Shown one piece after another: positions 14,216 through 26,914 of a DNA stretch of 64,000 bases; position 1 is the stretch's first letter, and the number at the start of each line of letters is the position of its first letter. Source of the DNA: Mobula hypostoma. Its lineage: Eukaryota. The notes beneath the pieces were generated by a model. The model worked only from the letters and a program-made list of their open reading frames with translations, was not told where the DNA came from and did no database searches. The stretch lies in assembly GCF_963921235.1 (NCBI RefSeq), contig NC_086097.1, positions 3,968,001-4,032,000 on the forward strand. The letters run 5' to 3'. The position numbers and the translations under genes are program-made.

Positions 14216-16716
14216 GGTAATCTTTATTTTTGTTTTGTTCCCAGATTCCAGCATCTTTAAAATCATGATTATAATGTTTCAAGATTTTCATCTTCTTTGC
14301 TTTCTGACATATTAACATACTAGTCTTGGAATACTATATTGTTACAGATACCATCCTTTGACACCTTATTGTCCTGTTTCCTAAGGCATAAAAGATCCTG
14401 GCAAACAGTTACCCACCCAATGTCACAAATCAAATTATGCTGATATATCTCAGTTTTATTTGCAAAATGTGACTGAAAACTTAGATTTATTGCAATCGCA
14501 AATAGTGGAGCGGGGGTGAAAATAAATGATGTCAAAAGTTCATGCAAAGTCACAAACAGAAGGGTTGTGTGTGGTGGCAATAATCTTCTGAGGTGTGTCT
14601 ATTTCAATGCAAGGAGTATTGTGGGGAAGGCTGACGAGCTGAGGGCGTGGATTGACACATGGAATTACGACATTCTAGCCATTAGTGAAACTTAGCTACA
14701 GGAGGGGCAGGACTGGCAGCTTAATGTTCCAGGGTTCCGATGTTTCAGACGTGATAGAGGCAGAGCAATGAGGGATGGGGGGGGGGGGGGTGGCATTGCT
14801 AGTCAGGGAAAATATTACAGCAGTGCTCAGGCAGGACAGATCAGAGGGCTTGTCTACCAAGGCCATATGAATGGAACTGAGAAACAGGAAAGATACGACC
14901 ACATTAATGGGGTTGTATTATACACCACCCAACAGTCAGAGAGAATTGGAGGAGCAAATCTGCAGAGAGATAGCAGACAACTGCCTGAAACATAAAGTTG
15001 TGATAGTAGGGGATTTTAATTTTCCACATATTGATTTGAGACTCCCATACTGTTAAAGGTCTAGATGGGTTAGAGTTTGTGAAATGTGTTCAGGAAAGTT
15101 TTCTAAATAGAGGTACCAACTAGAGGGGATGCAATATTAGATCTTCTATTAGGAAATGAGTTAGGACAGGTTACAGAAGTGTGTGTTGGGGAACACTTTG
15201 GTTCCAGTGACCATAACACCATTAGTTTCAACTTGATCATGGATAAAGACAGATCTGGTCCTCGGGTTGAGGTTCTAAACTGAAAAAAGGCCAGATTTGA
15301 AGAAATGAGAAAGGATCTAAAAAGCGTGGATTGGAACAGGTTGTTCTCTGGCAAGGATGTGATTCGTAAGTGGGAGGCCTTCAAAGGAGAAATTTTGAGA
15401 GTGCAGAGTTTGTATGTTCCTGTCAGGATTAAAGGCAAAGTGAATACGAATAAGGAACCTTAGTTCGCAAGGGATACTGGAACTCTGATATAAAAAAGAG
15501 AAATGAATGACATGTATAGGAAACAGGGCAAATAAGGTGCTTGAGGAGTATAAAAAGTGCCAAAAAAACTTAAGGAGGAAATCAGGAGGGCTAAAAGACA
15601 TGAGGTTGCTTTGGCAGTCAAGGTGAAGGATAATTCAAAGAGCTTCTACAGGTATATTAAGAGCAAAAGGATAGTAAAGGATAAAATTGGTCCTCTTGAA
15701 GATCAGAGTGGTCGGCTATGTAAGGAACCAAAAGAAATGGAGATCTTAAATGGGTTCTTTACATCTGTATTTACTAAGGAAACTGGCATGGAGTCAATGG
15801 AAATAAGGCAAACAAGTAGTGAGGTCATGGAACCTATACAAATTGAGGAGGAGGAGGTGCTTGCTATCTTGAGGCAAATCAGAGTAGATAAATCCCTAGG
15901 ACCTGACAGGGTATTCCCTTGGACCTTCAAGGAGACTAGTGTTGAAATTGCAGGGGCCCTGGCAGATATATTTAGAACGTCGGTATCTACGGGTGAAGTG
16001 CCGGAGGATTGGAGGATAGATCATGTTGTTCTGTTGTTTAAAAAAGGCTGTAAAAGTAACCCGGGAAATTATAGGCCGGTAAGTTTGACGTCGGTAGTAG
16101 GTAAATTATTGGAAGGACTACTAAGAGATAGGATCTACAAGTATTTCGATAGACAGGGACTTATTAGGGAGGGTCAACATGGCTTTGTGCGTGGTAGGTC
16201 ATGTTTCACCAATCTGTTAGAGTTTTTTGAGGAGGTTACCAGGAAAGTGGATGAAGGGAAGGCAGTGGATGTTGTCTATATGGACTTCAGTAAGGCCTCT
16301 GACAAGGTTCCGCATGGGAGGTTAGTTAGGAAGATTCAGTCACTAGGTATACATGGAGAGGTAGCAAATTGGATTAGACATTGGCTCAATGGAAGAAGCC
16401 AGAGAGTGGTAATGGAGGATTGCTTCTCAGAGTGGAGGCCTGTGACTAGTGGTGTGCCACAGGGATCAGTGCTGGGTCCATTGTTATTTGTCATCTATAT
16501 CAATGATCTGGACGATAATGTGGTAAATTGGATCAGCAAATTTGCTGATGATACAAAGATTGGAGGTGTAGTGGACAGTGAGGAAGGTTTTCAAAGCTTG
16601 CAGAGGGATTTGGACCAGCTGGAAAAGTGGGCTGAAAAATGGCAGATGGAGTTTAATACGGACAAGTGTCAGGTATTGCACTTTGGAAGGACAAACCAAG
16701 GTAGAACATACAAGGT

Positions 16717-16932
16717 CAAACACAAGGAAATCTGCAGATGCTGGAAATTCAAGTAACACATATTAAAAAATGCTGGTGAACGCAGCAGGCCAGGCAGTAT
16801 CTATAGGAAGAGGTACAGTCGACGTTTCGGGCCGAGACCCTTCGTCAGGACTAACTCTCGGCCCGAAACGTCGACTGTACCTCTTCCTATAGCTGTTGCC
16901 TGGCCTGTTGCATTCACCAGCATTTTTTATGT
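16717..16932. mobile_element. Penelope-derived short insertion, two head-to-head terminal-repeat copies
   Basis: Inverted repeat; 16-bp TSD GTAGAACATACARGGT at 16701-16716 and 16933-16948. Confidence 0.85.
16817..16852 (-). ncRNA. Minimal type I hammerhead ribozyme motif
   Basis: Minus strand reads AGTC CTGACGA A GGGT CTCG GCCC GAAA CG TC GACT: core boxes, stem I AGUC/GACU, stem II, palindromic stem III and a GUC triplet. Confidence 0.8.
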
Positions 16933-18225
16933 GTAGAACATACAGGGTTAATGGTAGGGCACTGAGGAGTGCAGTGGAACAGAGGGATCTAGGAATATAG
17001 ATACAAAATTATCTAAAAGTGTCCTCACAGGTAGATAGGATCGCAAAGAGAGCTTTTGGTACATTAGCCTTTATAAATCAAAGTATTGAGTATGAGTTGG
17101 AATGTTATGGTGAGGTTGTACAAGGCATTGGTGAGGCCGAATTTGGAGTATTGTGTTCAGTTTTGGTCACCAAATTACAGGAAGGATATAAATAAGGTTG
17201 AAAGAGTGCAGAGAAGGTTTACAAGGATGTTGCCGGGACTTGAGAAACTCAGTTACAGAGAAAAGTTGAATAGGTTAGGACTTTATTCCCTGGAGCGTAG
17301 AAGAATGAGGGGAGATTTGAAAGAGGTATATAAAATTATGATGGGTATAGATAGAGTGAATGCAAGCAGGCTTTTCCCACTGAGGCAAGGGGAGAAAAAA
17401 ACCAGAGGACATGGGTTAAGGGTGAATGGGGAAAAGTTTAAATGGAACATTGGGGAGGGGTCTTCACACAGAGAGTGGTGGGAGTGTGGAATGAGCTGCC
17501 AGATGAAGTGGTAAATGTGAGCTCACTTTTAACATTTATGAAAAACTTGGACAGGTACGTGGATGAGAGGTGAATGGAGGGATACGGTCCAGGTGCAGGT
17601 CAGTGGGACTAGGCAGATGAATGGTTCGGCACAGCCAAGAAGGGCCAAAAGGCCTGTTTCTGTGCTGTAATGTTCTATGGTTCCAATAGAAACATGATGA
17701 ATTGGTTGTGTAACATTTCAAGATACTCTAAAATTGTGGAAAAACAAATATTAATAAAAGTTCCTACTTTCAAGATGCAAGATTGTTTAATGCGATTTCA
17801 AGTAGATAACTGTTTTGTTCTTTTTGTACAATTGTTACTCTGGATCAGATGCGGCACAAACAAGAACACAAAAGATAACACAATAATAAACACAATGAAT
17901 GTAAATGCAAAAGACAGTTTATATCCATAGACTAATTGTACATCCATAAAGTGACACTAAGCACGGGAGTGTCTGTATAAGGTGACTGACTGGAAATAAT
18001 TAAGTAGTGGTGGTTGGGGATATGAAGGGGAGGGTTAGTAGGTGGAGGTGTTGATCAGTCTTACTGTTCGGGGAAAGTAACTGTTTTTGAGTCTGATGGT
18101 CCTGACATGGATGCTGCACAGCCTCCTCCTTGATGGGAGTGAGTTCAACCATCATTTAATCAGTTACAAGTGTTATTTGATGATGCATCATTACCATTTC
18201 AACATGTTCAGAATGACCACCTCAC

Positions 18226-18379
18226 CTGAGTTGTTTCAAATGACAGAGATGTGGATGTCTTTCCTTTATCAATTCCCACAATCTCCCTGGTGTTGCAATC
18301 ACGATTTCTGGTCTATAATTTAAAATCCTTTCCTGTTTCTGAGCAGCCATTCCTCCAACTATTGTCGCAGTTTTGATCC
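18226..18379 (-). CDS. DDX24: DDX24 coding exon 3 (GG doublet, motif Ib TPGR); absent from the ORF track
   Basis: Manual translation IKTATIVGGMAAQKQERILNYRPEIVIATPGRLWELIKERHPHLCHLKQL(R). Boundaries tgtag| and |gtgag; 154 nt; phases match both neighbouring exons. Confidence 0.95.
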
Positions 18380-19264
18380 CTACAAATGTATAGATTTGCG
18401 ATTTATTTATTCATTAGTGAGGAGTACACATATGGCACAATAAATTAAAAAATGTACAACAACCAGCTAGAGGGAGCAAATAATACACAAGCATATAGTA
18501 TAAAACACAAGTCATGCTACAAATACGTTAGGTTTTTGAACAATCACCGGTGTAATATCTACAGTTCAGATTTGTTAATCCAGAGATATATTTCCACCAT
18601 AGGACGTGCCATGAGAATTCAGCTGATTGATTCTTGAAATGAGAAGATGAACCTGAGGAGATGGTCCCATCTTTAATAAGTTAGTTACATTGCAGGTAGG
18701 ATAGCTTAGATTTTCAGAAACCATTTTCCCTTTCCTGGAGGATCTACAACAAAAGGTCACAGTCTAATGATTAAAGGACCTATAATTTTAGAAGATACTG
18801 AAAATAAATTTTAATAAAAGGATGTCACTCAAAGTCAGAAACTATCCAAATATATTTTCCCTCAAGAGGACTGTTAATCTTTGGAACACTTCTTCAAAGG
18901 GTGATAGAAATGGTTTTTAAAATTTTTAAGGGAAAAGATTCTTGACAAGATAGGGGATAAAATCTTGCTGAGGTAGGTGTATCACAGTCATCACCATCAC
19001 AGGCACAACCCTGCTCACCACTGAGGGGATCTTCAAGAGGTGGTGCCTTAAAAAGAGGTATCCATCATCAATGTCTCTGACCATCTAGGACTTGTCTTCT
19101 TCTCATTACTACTATGGTATAGGATGTGGTATAGGACCCTGAAGACCCACCCTTATTGTTTTAGAAACAGTTTCTGCCCCTCTGCCATCAGATTTCTGAA
19201 TGGTCAACTAATACAAACTTGCTATTCCTATTTTTATTTATCTATCTATATGTCTAATATTTAT

Positions 19265-19535
19265 TTAGAGATATAGTGTGGAAAAGGCCCTTCCAGCCCA
19301 ATGACCTAGGCCACTCAGACCCAGCTATTTAATCCAGGTTGAATCACGGAACAATTAGTAACGACCAATTAACCTACTAGCCAGTTGCCTGGAGGGGGCA
19401 ACTGGAGCATTCGGAGGGAACCCACGTGGTCATGGGAAGAACACACAAACTCCCTGCAGAGAGTTTTGGAATTGAACTCCGAACTCCAATGCACTGAGCT
19501 GAAAGAGCATCATGCTAATCATTATGCTATCGTTG
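19265..19535 (-). mobile_element. V-SINE/HE1-like SINE, decayed
   Basis: Resembles the V-domain reverse complement (GGAGCA..CGGAGG.AACCCACG.GGTCA.GGG.AGAAC...CAAACTCC). Confidence 0.55.
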
Positions 19536-19836
19536 TACCATTTATTTATTGCAACTTGCAAATTAGTTGATAAATTAGGTGATAATAAAACTGATTGTGA
19601 ATATGGAATTAAGGACATAATCAAATCAGCTATTATCTTATTAAATGGCAAAGCAGGCTCCTGGGGCCAACTGGCTTACCTCCTCCTCCTACATGTTTGT
19701 AATGAGAACGTTCTATGAAAGTATACACACTTATAGGTGTAAATTGTTATCTCATCTCAGATTCCGTGGTTTCTAATTCAGAACCATTCTTTCTCATTTG
19801 TTTCACAAATATACAGTACAAAAGTCTTAGTACAAA

Positions 19837-21399
19837 CTGTGCCTGTCACAAGTATTCAACCCCTTGGAAGTTTTCATGTTTTACTGTTTTACAACATTGA
19901 ATCATAGTGGATTTAATTTGGCTTTTTTGACACTGATCAATGGAAAAAAACTCTTTCATATCAAAATGAAAACAAATTTCTACAGATTGGTCTAAATTTA
20001 TTACAAATATTAAACATAAAATAATTGATTACATAATTACTTACCTCCTGCAAGTCAGTATTTAGTAGATGTACCTTTGGCAGCAATTACAGCCTTGAAT
20101 CTGTGTGGATAGGTCTCTATCAGCTTTGCACTGCTGGACACTGCAGATTTCCCGTTCTTTACAAAACTGCTCAAGCTCTGTCAGATTGCATGGGAATCGT
20201 CAGTGAACAGCCCTTTTCAAGTCCAACCACAAATTCTCAATTGGATTGAGGTCTGGACTCTGACTTGGTCATTCCAGGACAATAACTTCATTGCTCCTAA
20301 GCCATTCCTATATATGACTTTATGCTTGGGGTCATTGTCTTGCTGGAAAACAAATCTTCTCCTACAGCACAGTTCTCTTGCAGACTGCATCAGGTTTTTC
20401 TCCAGGATTTCCCTGTTTTTTTGTTGCATTCATTTTACCCTCTACCTCACAAGCCTTTTAGGGCCTGCTGCAGTGAAACATCCTCACAGCATGATGCAGC
20501 CACCACCATGCTTCACAGTAGGGATGGTGGTTTTTTAATGATATGTGGCGTTCGGCTTACACCAAACATAACGTTTAGCCTGATGGTTAAAAGGTTCAAT
20601 TTTGGTTTCATTAGATCATAGACCCTTCTTCCTGCTGATTTCAGAGTCTCTCACATGCCTTCTGGCAAACTCTAGCTCAGATTTCATGTAGGATTTTTCA
20701 ACAGTGGCTTTCACTTTGCTGCTCTCCCATAAAGCTTGTATGTGCAGTCTCTCCTATGAAGCTTGTAACTCCTTCAGAGTTGTCATAGGCCTCTTGGCGG
20801 CCTCCCTCACTCATCTTCTTCTTGACTGGTCACCCGGTTTTTGAGGATGGTCTGCTCAAAGTAAATATACAGCTGTGCCATATTCTTTCCATTTCTTGAT
20901 AATTCACTTAACTGTACTCCAGTGACTTGGAAATTTTCTTGTATCCGTCTCCTGACTTGTGCATTTCAAAACTTTTTTGTGGAGATGCATGGAGTGTTCT
21001 TTTGACTTCATGGTGTAGGTTTTGCCAGGATACTGACTCACCAGCTGCTGGACCTTCCAGATACATTTACTACAATCAATTGAAACACCTTGACTGAACA
21101 CAGCGATCTCCATTTAACTATGTGACTTCTAAAACCAACTGGCTGCACCCGTGATGATTTGGTGTGTCATATTAAAAGGGGTGAATACTGATGCAAACAA
21201 TATTTTTGTGTTTTATACTGTATATGTAATTCATTTAGCTCTCTTTGTAGAGATCTGTTTTCACTTTGAAATGAAAGAGTCCTTTTTCTGTTGATCAGCG
21301 TCAAAAAAGCCAAATTAAATCCACCGTGATTAAATGTTGTAAAACAATAAACAGGAAAACTTCTGGGGTGGGGGGGTTGAATTATTTTTATAGGTATTG
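19837..21399 (-). mobile_element. Tc1-family DNA transposon with long TIRs, decayed transposase
   Basis: Roughly 150-200 bp inverted termini (..ACAACATTGAATCATAGTGGATTTAATTTGGCTTTTTTGAC.. mirrored at 21300-21345); FQQDNDPKH on the minus strand; TA at the right flank. Confidence 0.88.
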
Positions 21400-21599
21400 T
21401 ATGTATAGCTTGAACGCCTAAGATTTTTGCACGGTACTATATTTGTCAGCGAGCATGTAAATCTAGAGGGAGCAAGGTTGTTTGGAATGGCGAGAGTGGA
21501 GTACAGCGAGAGGGTTGTAGAGAAGGAGTGGAGAGTAGGCAGGTGCAGACACACCCAGCCTTGAGACACCAAACAAGGTTTCAAAGGTTTCTGGAGTGG

Positions 21600-22380
21600 A
21601 GTGACGATGGCACTAAACAGCAACTCCTTTGCTTGCATCTTCAGAAACAGCTCTATTTCCATCTTTAATATCTTTATTTTTCCCTTTCAGGGTTCTTTTG
21701 AAGACCCTGACCTGGAGTTACACATTGACTACGGTTCTTTGCGGGAATGGGACTCACACTCGGGGTTTCATAACCAGCCGTTGTTGTTTGGCACGTCAAG
21801 GGCTCGGCCTAAGAATCCAGGTGGGATTTGGAAGCCTAGGATCTCAGGGCTCAGGAGATGGGCAGATCAAGAGTCGATGTCACGACAGGAGACCTGTGCG
21901 TCATCGGGGGAGTTGGAATATCTGCGGTTGTGTGCCCAGATTTTTGGGCACAGAACACGAAAAAAGTGACGTGGCAGACTTTTAACATCGTAAACCAGCA
22001 AGTTGTTTGTTACGTCTCCCCACTCGATGGGAAAACAGACACCTCTTTCTCCCTTATTAAGGCGAGAAAGAACCAGTGGTATGTCGAATACCAGGTGAAA
22101 CGCAAAGTCTTTGGGGTAACTGCGTCTGTGTTTTTTGCTGTTGCTTTGTTCACACTTGAGTGCTCGGTGGCGGGTGCCAATCCTCTTTTTTTTGCCTGTG
22201 AGGGGAGGGGGGATTATTGCTTGCTGCCATCCACTTACATGCAGGAGGAGGGAGCTGGGGGGTACTTTAGGGTTCTAACATTTGACTGTCATTCATTTTT
22301 TGGGGCACTCCTCTGTTTTCGTGGATGGTTGTGAACAAAAAGCATTTCAGGATGTATATTGTATACATTTCTCTGACTTA
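21600..22380 (+). repeat. Unclassified interspersed repeat (probable LINE-derived non-autonomous element)
   Basis: CpG-richer than its flanks with a LINE-like tail; none of its ORFs has recognisable motifs. Confidence 0.35.
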
Positions 22381-22429
22381 TTGTGAAGATGAGACCACAT
22401 TTTATGAGTAATTAATGCAGAAAACCAAG

Positions 22430-23000
22430 GCATTGGCCTTAATTAATCGTGGGATTGAATTTAGGAGCCAAGAGGTAATGTTACAGCTATACAGGGCCCT
22501 GGTCAAACCCCACTGGAGTACTGTGCTCAGTTCTGGTCACCTCACTACAGGAAGGACGTGGAAACTATAGAAAAGGTGCAGAGGAGATTTACAAGGATGT
22601 TGCCTGGATTGGGGAACATGCCTTATGAAAATAGGTTGAGTGAACTCGGCCTTTATTCCTTGGAGCGACGGAGGATGAGAGGTGACCTGATAGAGGTGTA
22701 CAAGATGATGAGAGGCATTGATCATGTGGATACTCAGAGGCTTTTTCCTAGGGCTGAAATGGTTAACACAAGAGGGCACAGTTTTAAGGTGCTTGGATGT
22801 AGGTACAGGAGATGTCGGGGGTAAGTTTTTTTAAGCAGAGAGTTGCGAGTTTGTGGAATGTGCTGCCGGTGACGGTGGAGGAGGCAGATACGATAGGGTC
22901 TTTTATGGTTAACCCTAGGTAATTTCTAAGGTAAGGACATGTTTGGCACAGCATTGTGGGCTGAAGGGCCTGTATTGTGCTATAGGTACTCTATGTTTCT
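22430..23000 (+). mobile_element. CR1 3' fragment
   Basis: IEKVQRRFTRMLPG...RRRMRGDLIEVYK; same subfamily as 11742-12808. Confidence 0.85.
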
Positions 23001-23282
23001 AAGCAATGCCCGGCTGTACTAAGTTATCAAGGTAATTTCATTAAGCAATGTAGTTCGCTAGTCTGCACCAAGTATGTTCCATTTAAAATGGGACAGCCAC
23101 TGGATTTTAGCCTAACAATTAAAATGAGGCATTAATCTGAAATACTTTCTAAATATAAGTAAGAATCATGGGAAGAGAGCAAATTATATGAAAAATCAAT
23201 ATTTTTTTATTTCACATAGCAATAGCACTGTATCTAAAGTAGCATTAGTAAGCTGCAAAACAGTGTAGACTGCATTACTTAC

Positions 23283-23660
23283 CAGTGAATTTGGTGACTG
23301 CATCAATGTGATGTTTTACCTGCACAGCTAATTCTCTTGTTGGAGTCAGGACCAAGCCCAAGAGTGGCTTTTTAACATTAGAAGCCTCCGCATTCTCGAA
23401 ATCAAAGTTTACATTGTTGATCACTTTTACACAACCCAGGTTGGAATTCTCTTCATCACCACTTTCTTCCACTTCTTCACTTTCTTCCAGATGTTCACTA
23501 TCAATTTTAATTAGGTCGTCAATAAATGTTTCCTGGCCTTCATTAGAATCCTGGTTCTCGTGCATTTCCTCATTCTTCTTCAATCTGGCTTCTTCAGCTT
23601 GCCTCCACTCTAATATAAGGTGGATCATGGGAATAGCAAACGCTAGCGTTTTACCACTAC
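23283..23660 (-). CDS. DDX24: DDX24 coding exon 2 (motif I GSGKT, acidic insert, motif Ia PTRELA)
   Basis: tgtag|GT AGT GGT AAA ACG completes AETGSGKT, then ...KKPLLGLVLTPTRELAVQVKHHIDAVTKFTG|gtaag. 378 nt, phase 1-1. Confidence 0.95.
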
Positions 23661-24222
23661 CTACAAATTTTTAAAAAAAGTCACTGGAGTCACATAATTC
23701 ATTTTGAATGAGCAGATCAAGAATTGGCAAATTCCAGAAAAATCACCTGTATAACAATTAAAATCTAAAATCTATAACATTTTTATATGGATGAACATAA
23801 ACAAAGTTGTTTCTTTTGATAGTGATAATATATTTATTTGGATTCAAAGTACCACAGTAAAAACTTGATGAGGTTATCAGTCAAAAAGTGAAAAAAAAAC
23901 AGCTGCTGGAAAAACTCAGCAGGGTTCAGCAGAATCTGTACAAAAGGAAATAGTTAGTGTTCAGGTCAATTTTAATGCAACATCTGAATCAGAATCAGAT
24001 TTAATATCACTGCCATACATTGTGAAATATGTTTTTTGCGGCAGTAGGGAAGTGCAATACATAATAAAAGCTATATATATGTGCACGCGCGCACACACAC
24101 ACTTTTTTATTATTAGTTAATATTATTAATATATTTATTATTACTGCTGTGTTTTTAAATGTTGCTGCTGTAATTAAACAATTTTCCACTCTGGATCAAT
24201 AAAGTTTTTTTATACACACACA

Positions 24223-25871
24223 CACTTGCAAGAAAAAAATTGTGAATTCTTTGCAATTATCTGGTTTTCTGCATTAATTACTCATAAAATGTGGTCCGAT
24301 CTTCACCTAAGTCACAATAATAGACAAACACAATATGCTTAAACTAATAACACACTTCTCGTCAATACTGAGTACACAATTTAAACAACCATAGTCTAGG
24401 TTCAAGAAAGTACGTGAACCTCTAGTATAATGCTTTCTACAAAAGCTATTTGGAGTCAGGTCTTCAATCAATGAGATGAGATTGGAAGTGTGGGTTGTAG
24501 AGGTGCCCTGCCCTATATTAAAAAAGACACACAAAGCCAGGTTACTGACAGAGCCTGCTCTCCTCGAGAAAGATCTGTTTATGTGCACCATGCCTTGATC
24601 AAAACAACTTTCAGAGGACCTTAGAAGAATTGTAAAGATGCATGAAGCTGGAAAAGACCTGCGTGTTCATCAGTCCACAGTAAGAAAAATTGTCTTCAAA
24701 TGCAAGAAATTCAATACTGTTGCTACTCTCCATAAGAGTGGGTATCCTGCAAATGTCACACCAGAGCACAATGTGCAATGCTAAAGGAGATGAAAAAAAA
24801 ACATAATAAACGTAAGGGTAACAGCAGAAGACCTGCAGCATTCTCTAGAACTTGCTGAAGTCTCTGTTCATGTGTCCACTATAAGAAAAACACTGAATGA
24901 GAATGGTGTTCATGGAAGGACACCACAGAGGAAACCACAACTCTCCAAAAAAAAAACACTGCTGCATGTCTTAGGTTTGTGGATGATCCACAACACTTTT
25001 GGGACAACGTTCTGTGGACAGATGAGACAAAGTTCAGCTTTTTGGCAGAAATGCCATGCTATGTTTGGAGGAAGAATTCAACTGCACACCAACACCAAAA
25101 CCTCATCCGAACTGTGAAGCACGGTAGAAGGAGGATCGTGGTTTGGGGCTGCTTTGCTCCCTCAGGGCCCGGACAGTTTGTAGTAAGTGAGGGAACAATG
25201 AATTCAACATTGTATCAAGACATTTTACAGGAGAATGTTAGGGTAGCAGTCCATCACCTGAAGCTTAATACAATTTGGATGATGCAACAGGACAATGATC
25301 CAAAATAGAAGAGAACAATAGAATAGTATAAAAAGAAGAAAGCAACACACATCAAAGTTGCTGGTGAACACAGCAGGCCAGGCAGCATCTGTAGGAAGAG
25401 GTACAGTCGACGTTTCAGGCCGAGACCCTTCGTCTATCCTGACATGTTCGCATAAAAAGAAGAAATTCAGGTTTCGGAATGGCCAAGTCAGTCCAGGCTT
25501 TAACCCAATTGAGATGCTGTGACATGACCTGAAGAGGGCTGTTCATGCAAGGTATTCCTGAAATATTGATGAACTAAAACAGTTTTCAATGGTGGAATGG
25601 TCTAAAATTACACCAAGCCAATGTGCAGGACTGATCAACAGTTACCAGAAATGTTTAGCTGTTATTGCTAAAAGAGGTTCTAACATTTATTAAATACATG
25701 TATTCACATAGTTTTTCCAGCCTGGACTGTGAATGATTAAACAATGTGTTGAATAAAGACATGAAAAGTACAATTGTTTACATGATAATTAGTATATGCA
25801 GATTGTGTTTGTCTATTATTGTGATTTAAATGAAGATCAGACCACATTTTATGAGTAATTAATGCAGAAAA
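24223..25871 (+). mobile_element. Second Tc1-family transposon, decayed
   Basis: TIR TTTTCTGCATTAATTACTCATAAAATGTGGTC.GATCTTCA mirrored at 25830-25871; DDE motifs WTDETK, QQDNDPK and NPIEML. Confidence 0.88.
25342..25451 (-). mobile_element. Penelope-derived short insertion inside the Tc1
   Basis: Same terminal repeat; 14-bp TSD ATAAAAAGAAGAAA at 25328-25341 and 25452-25465. Confidence 0.8.
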
Positions 25872-26914
25872 TATATGCAATTAAGGAGTAATTTAATGAG
25901 TAAATATATGCAAAAGGAAAAAGAAAACATGTCGGATTGTGAATATTGTATATAAGGTTCATTGCCCATTCAAAATCTGATGGCAGTGGGGTAGTAGTTG
26001 TTTCTGAAACATTGAGTATGTGTCTTAAATACCTCATGAACATCGTGGGGCACTGATACTGTCATTGCCGATAACTGGACTCAGAACTTACTGCTGAAAC
26101 ACACTTTATTTTACTTTTGCACAAGGGGAACACCGTAGCCCGTCACCACACTGTTCTGAATTCTGAACAGAGAAATGCTACTTTTTACAGAACTAACTTG
26201 CAGTTATGGAAATTGACCATTGGTAAACTAAGTATGTTTGAATTCCTTACTTGCAAGAACAATCGCCATTCATAATAAAGATGTTAAAAGTCAATAGAAA
26301 CTACAAGCTGACAACTGATGATACTTTGAAGTTAGTAAAGGAATTCTCCCTTAGTTGTTGTGTGTGCATTGAATCACTTATCTCATCTCCAGACCCCTGG
26401 GATGTTAAGCTTTCTTACCTGGCACTATCTGCAGGCTATACTAGCCTGGATATTATGTTAACGCTTGCCTTATGCAACTTCCACAATATAATAGACTACC
26501 AAAACAAGAGCGGTGTTCCTTTTTTACTTCAGGGTTATAGTATGAGTATATCAGACAGACTTACTGGTAAGAGGTCACAAGAGATTCAGGAAAATACTAA
26601 AACTCTAACTGTATACTTAAACTATCTTTAGCTTTCTCCAATACAATGGAGATCCCATTGTGAGTACTAAGTGCAGCATACTAAATTAGAAAAGGCACAA
26701 GAGAGACTGGGATAAATTGGATATGAATACAGACGGTGTGGTTTGAAGCTGCATTTTACTGCTGTATATATATGTTATGTGTTCTGTGTGCCTTGTGTTG
26801 TGTGTGACTATTGGTACTGTCCCTGGACCAACAGTTTTGCTTGGCTGTATTCATGGATATTCAAGTATGGTTTATTGACAATTAAACTTGAACTTGAACA
26901 GTAAAATTGCAGAT

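Larger units (their letters stand above)
14580..17690 (+). mobile_element. Near-complete CR1 ORF2 (APE + RT), decayed
   Basis: NARS..., VGDFNFP, SDH, and a 399-aa RT ORF with GVPQGSVLGP..FADD; CR1 tail. Confidence 0.9.
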
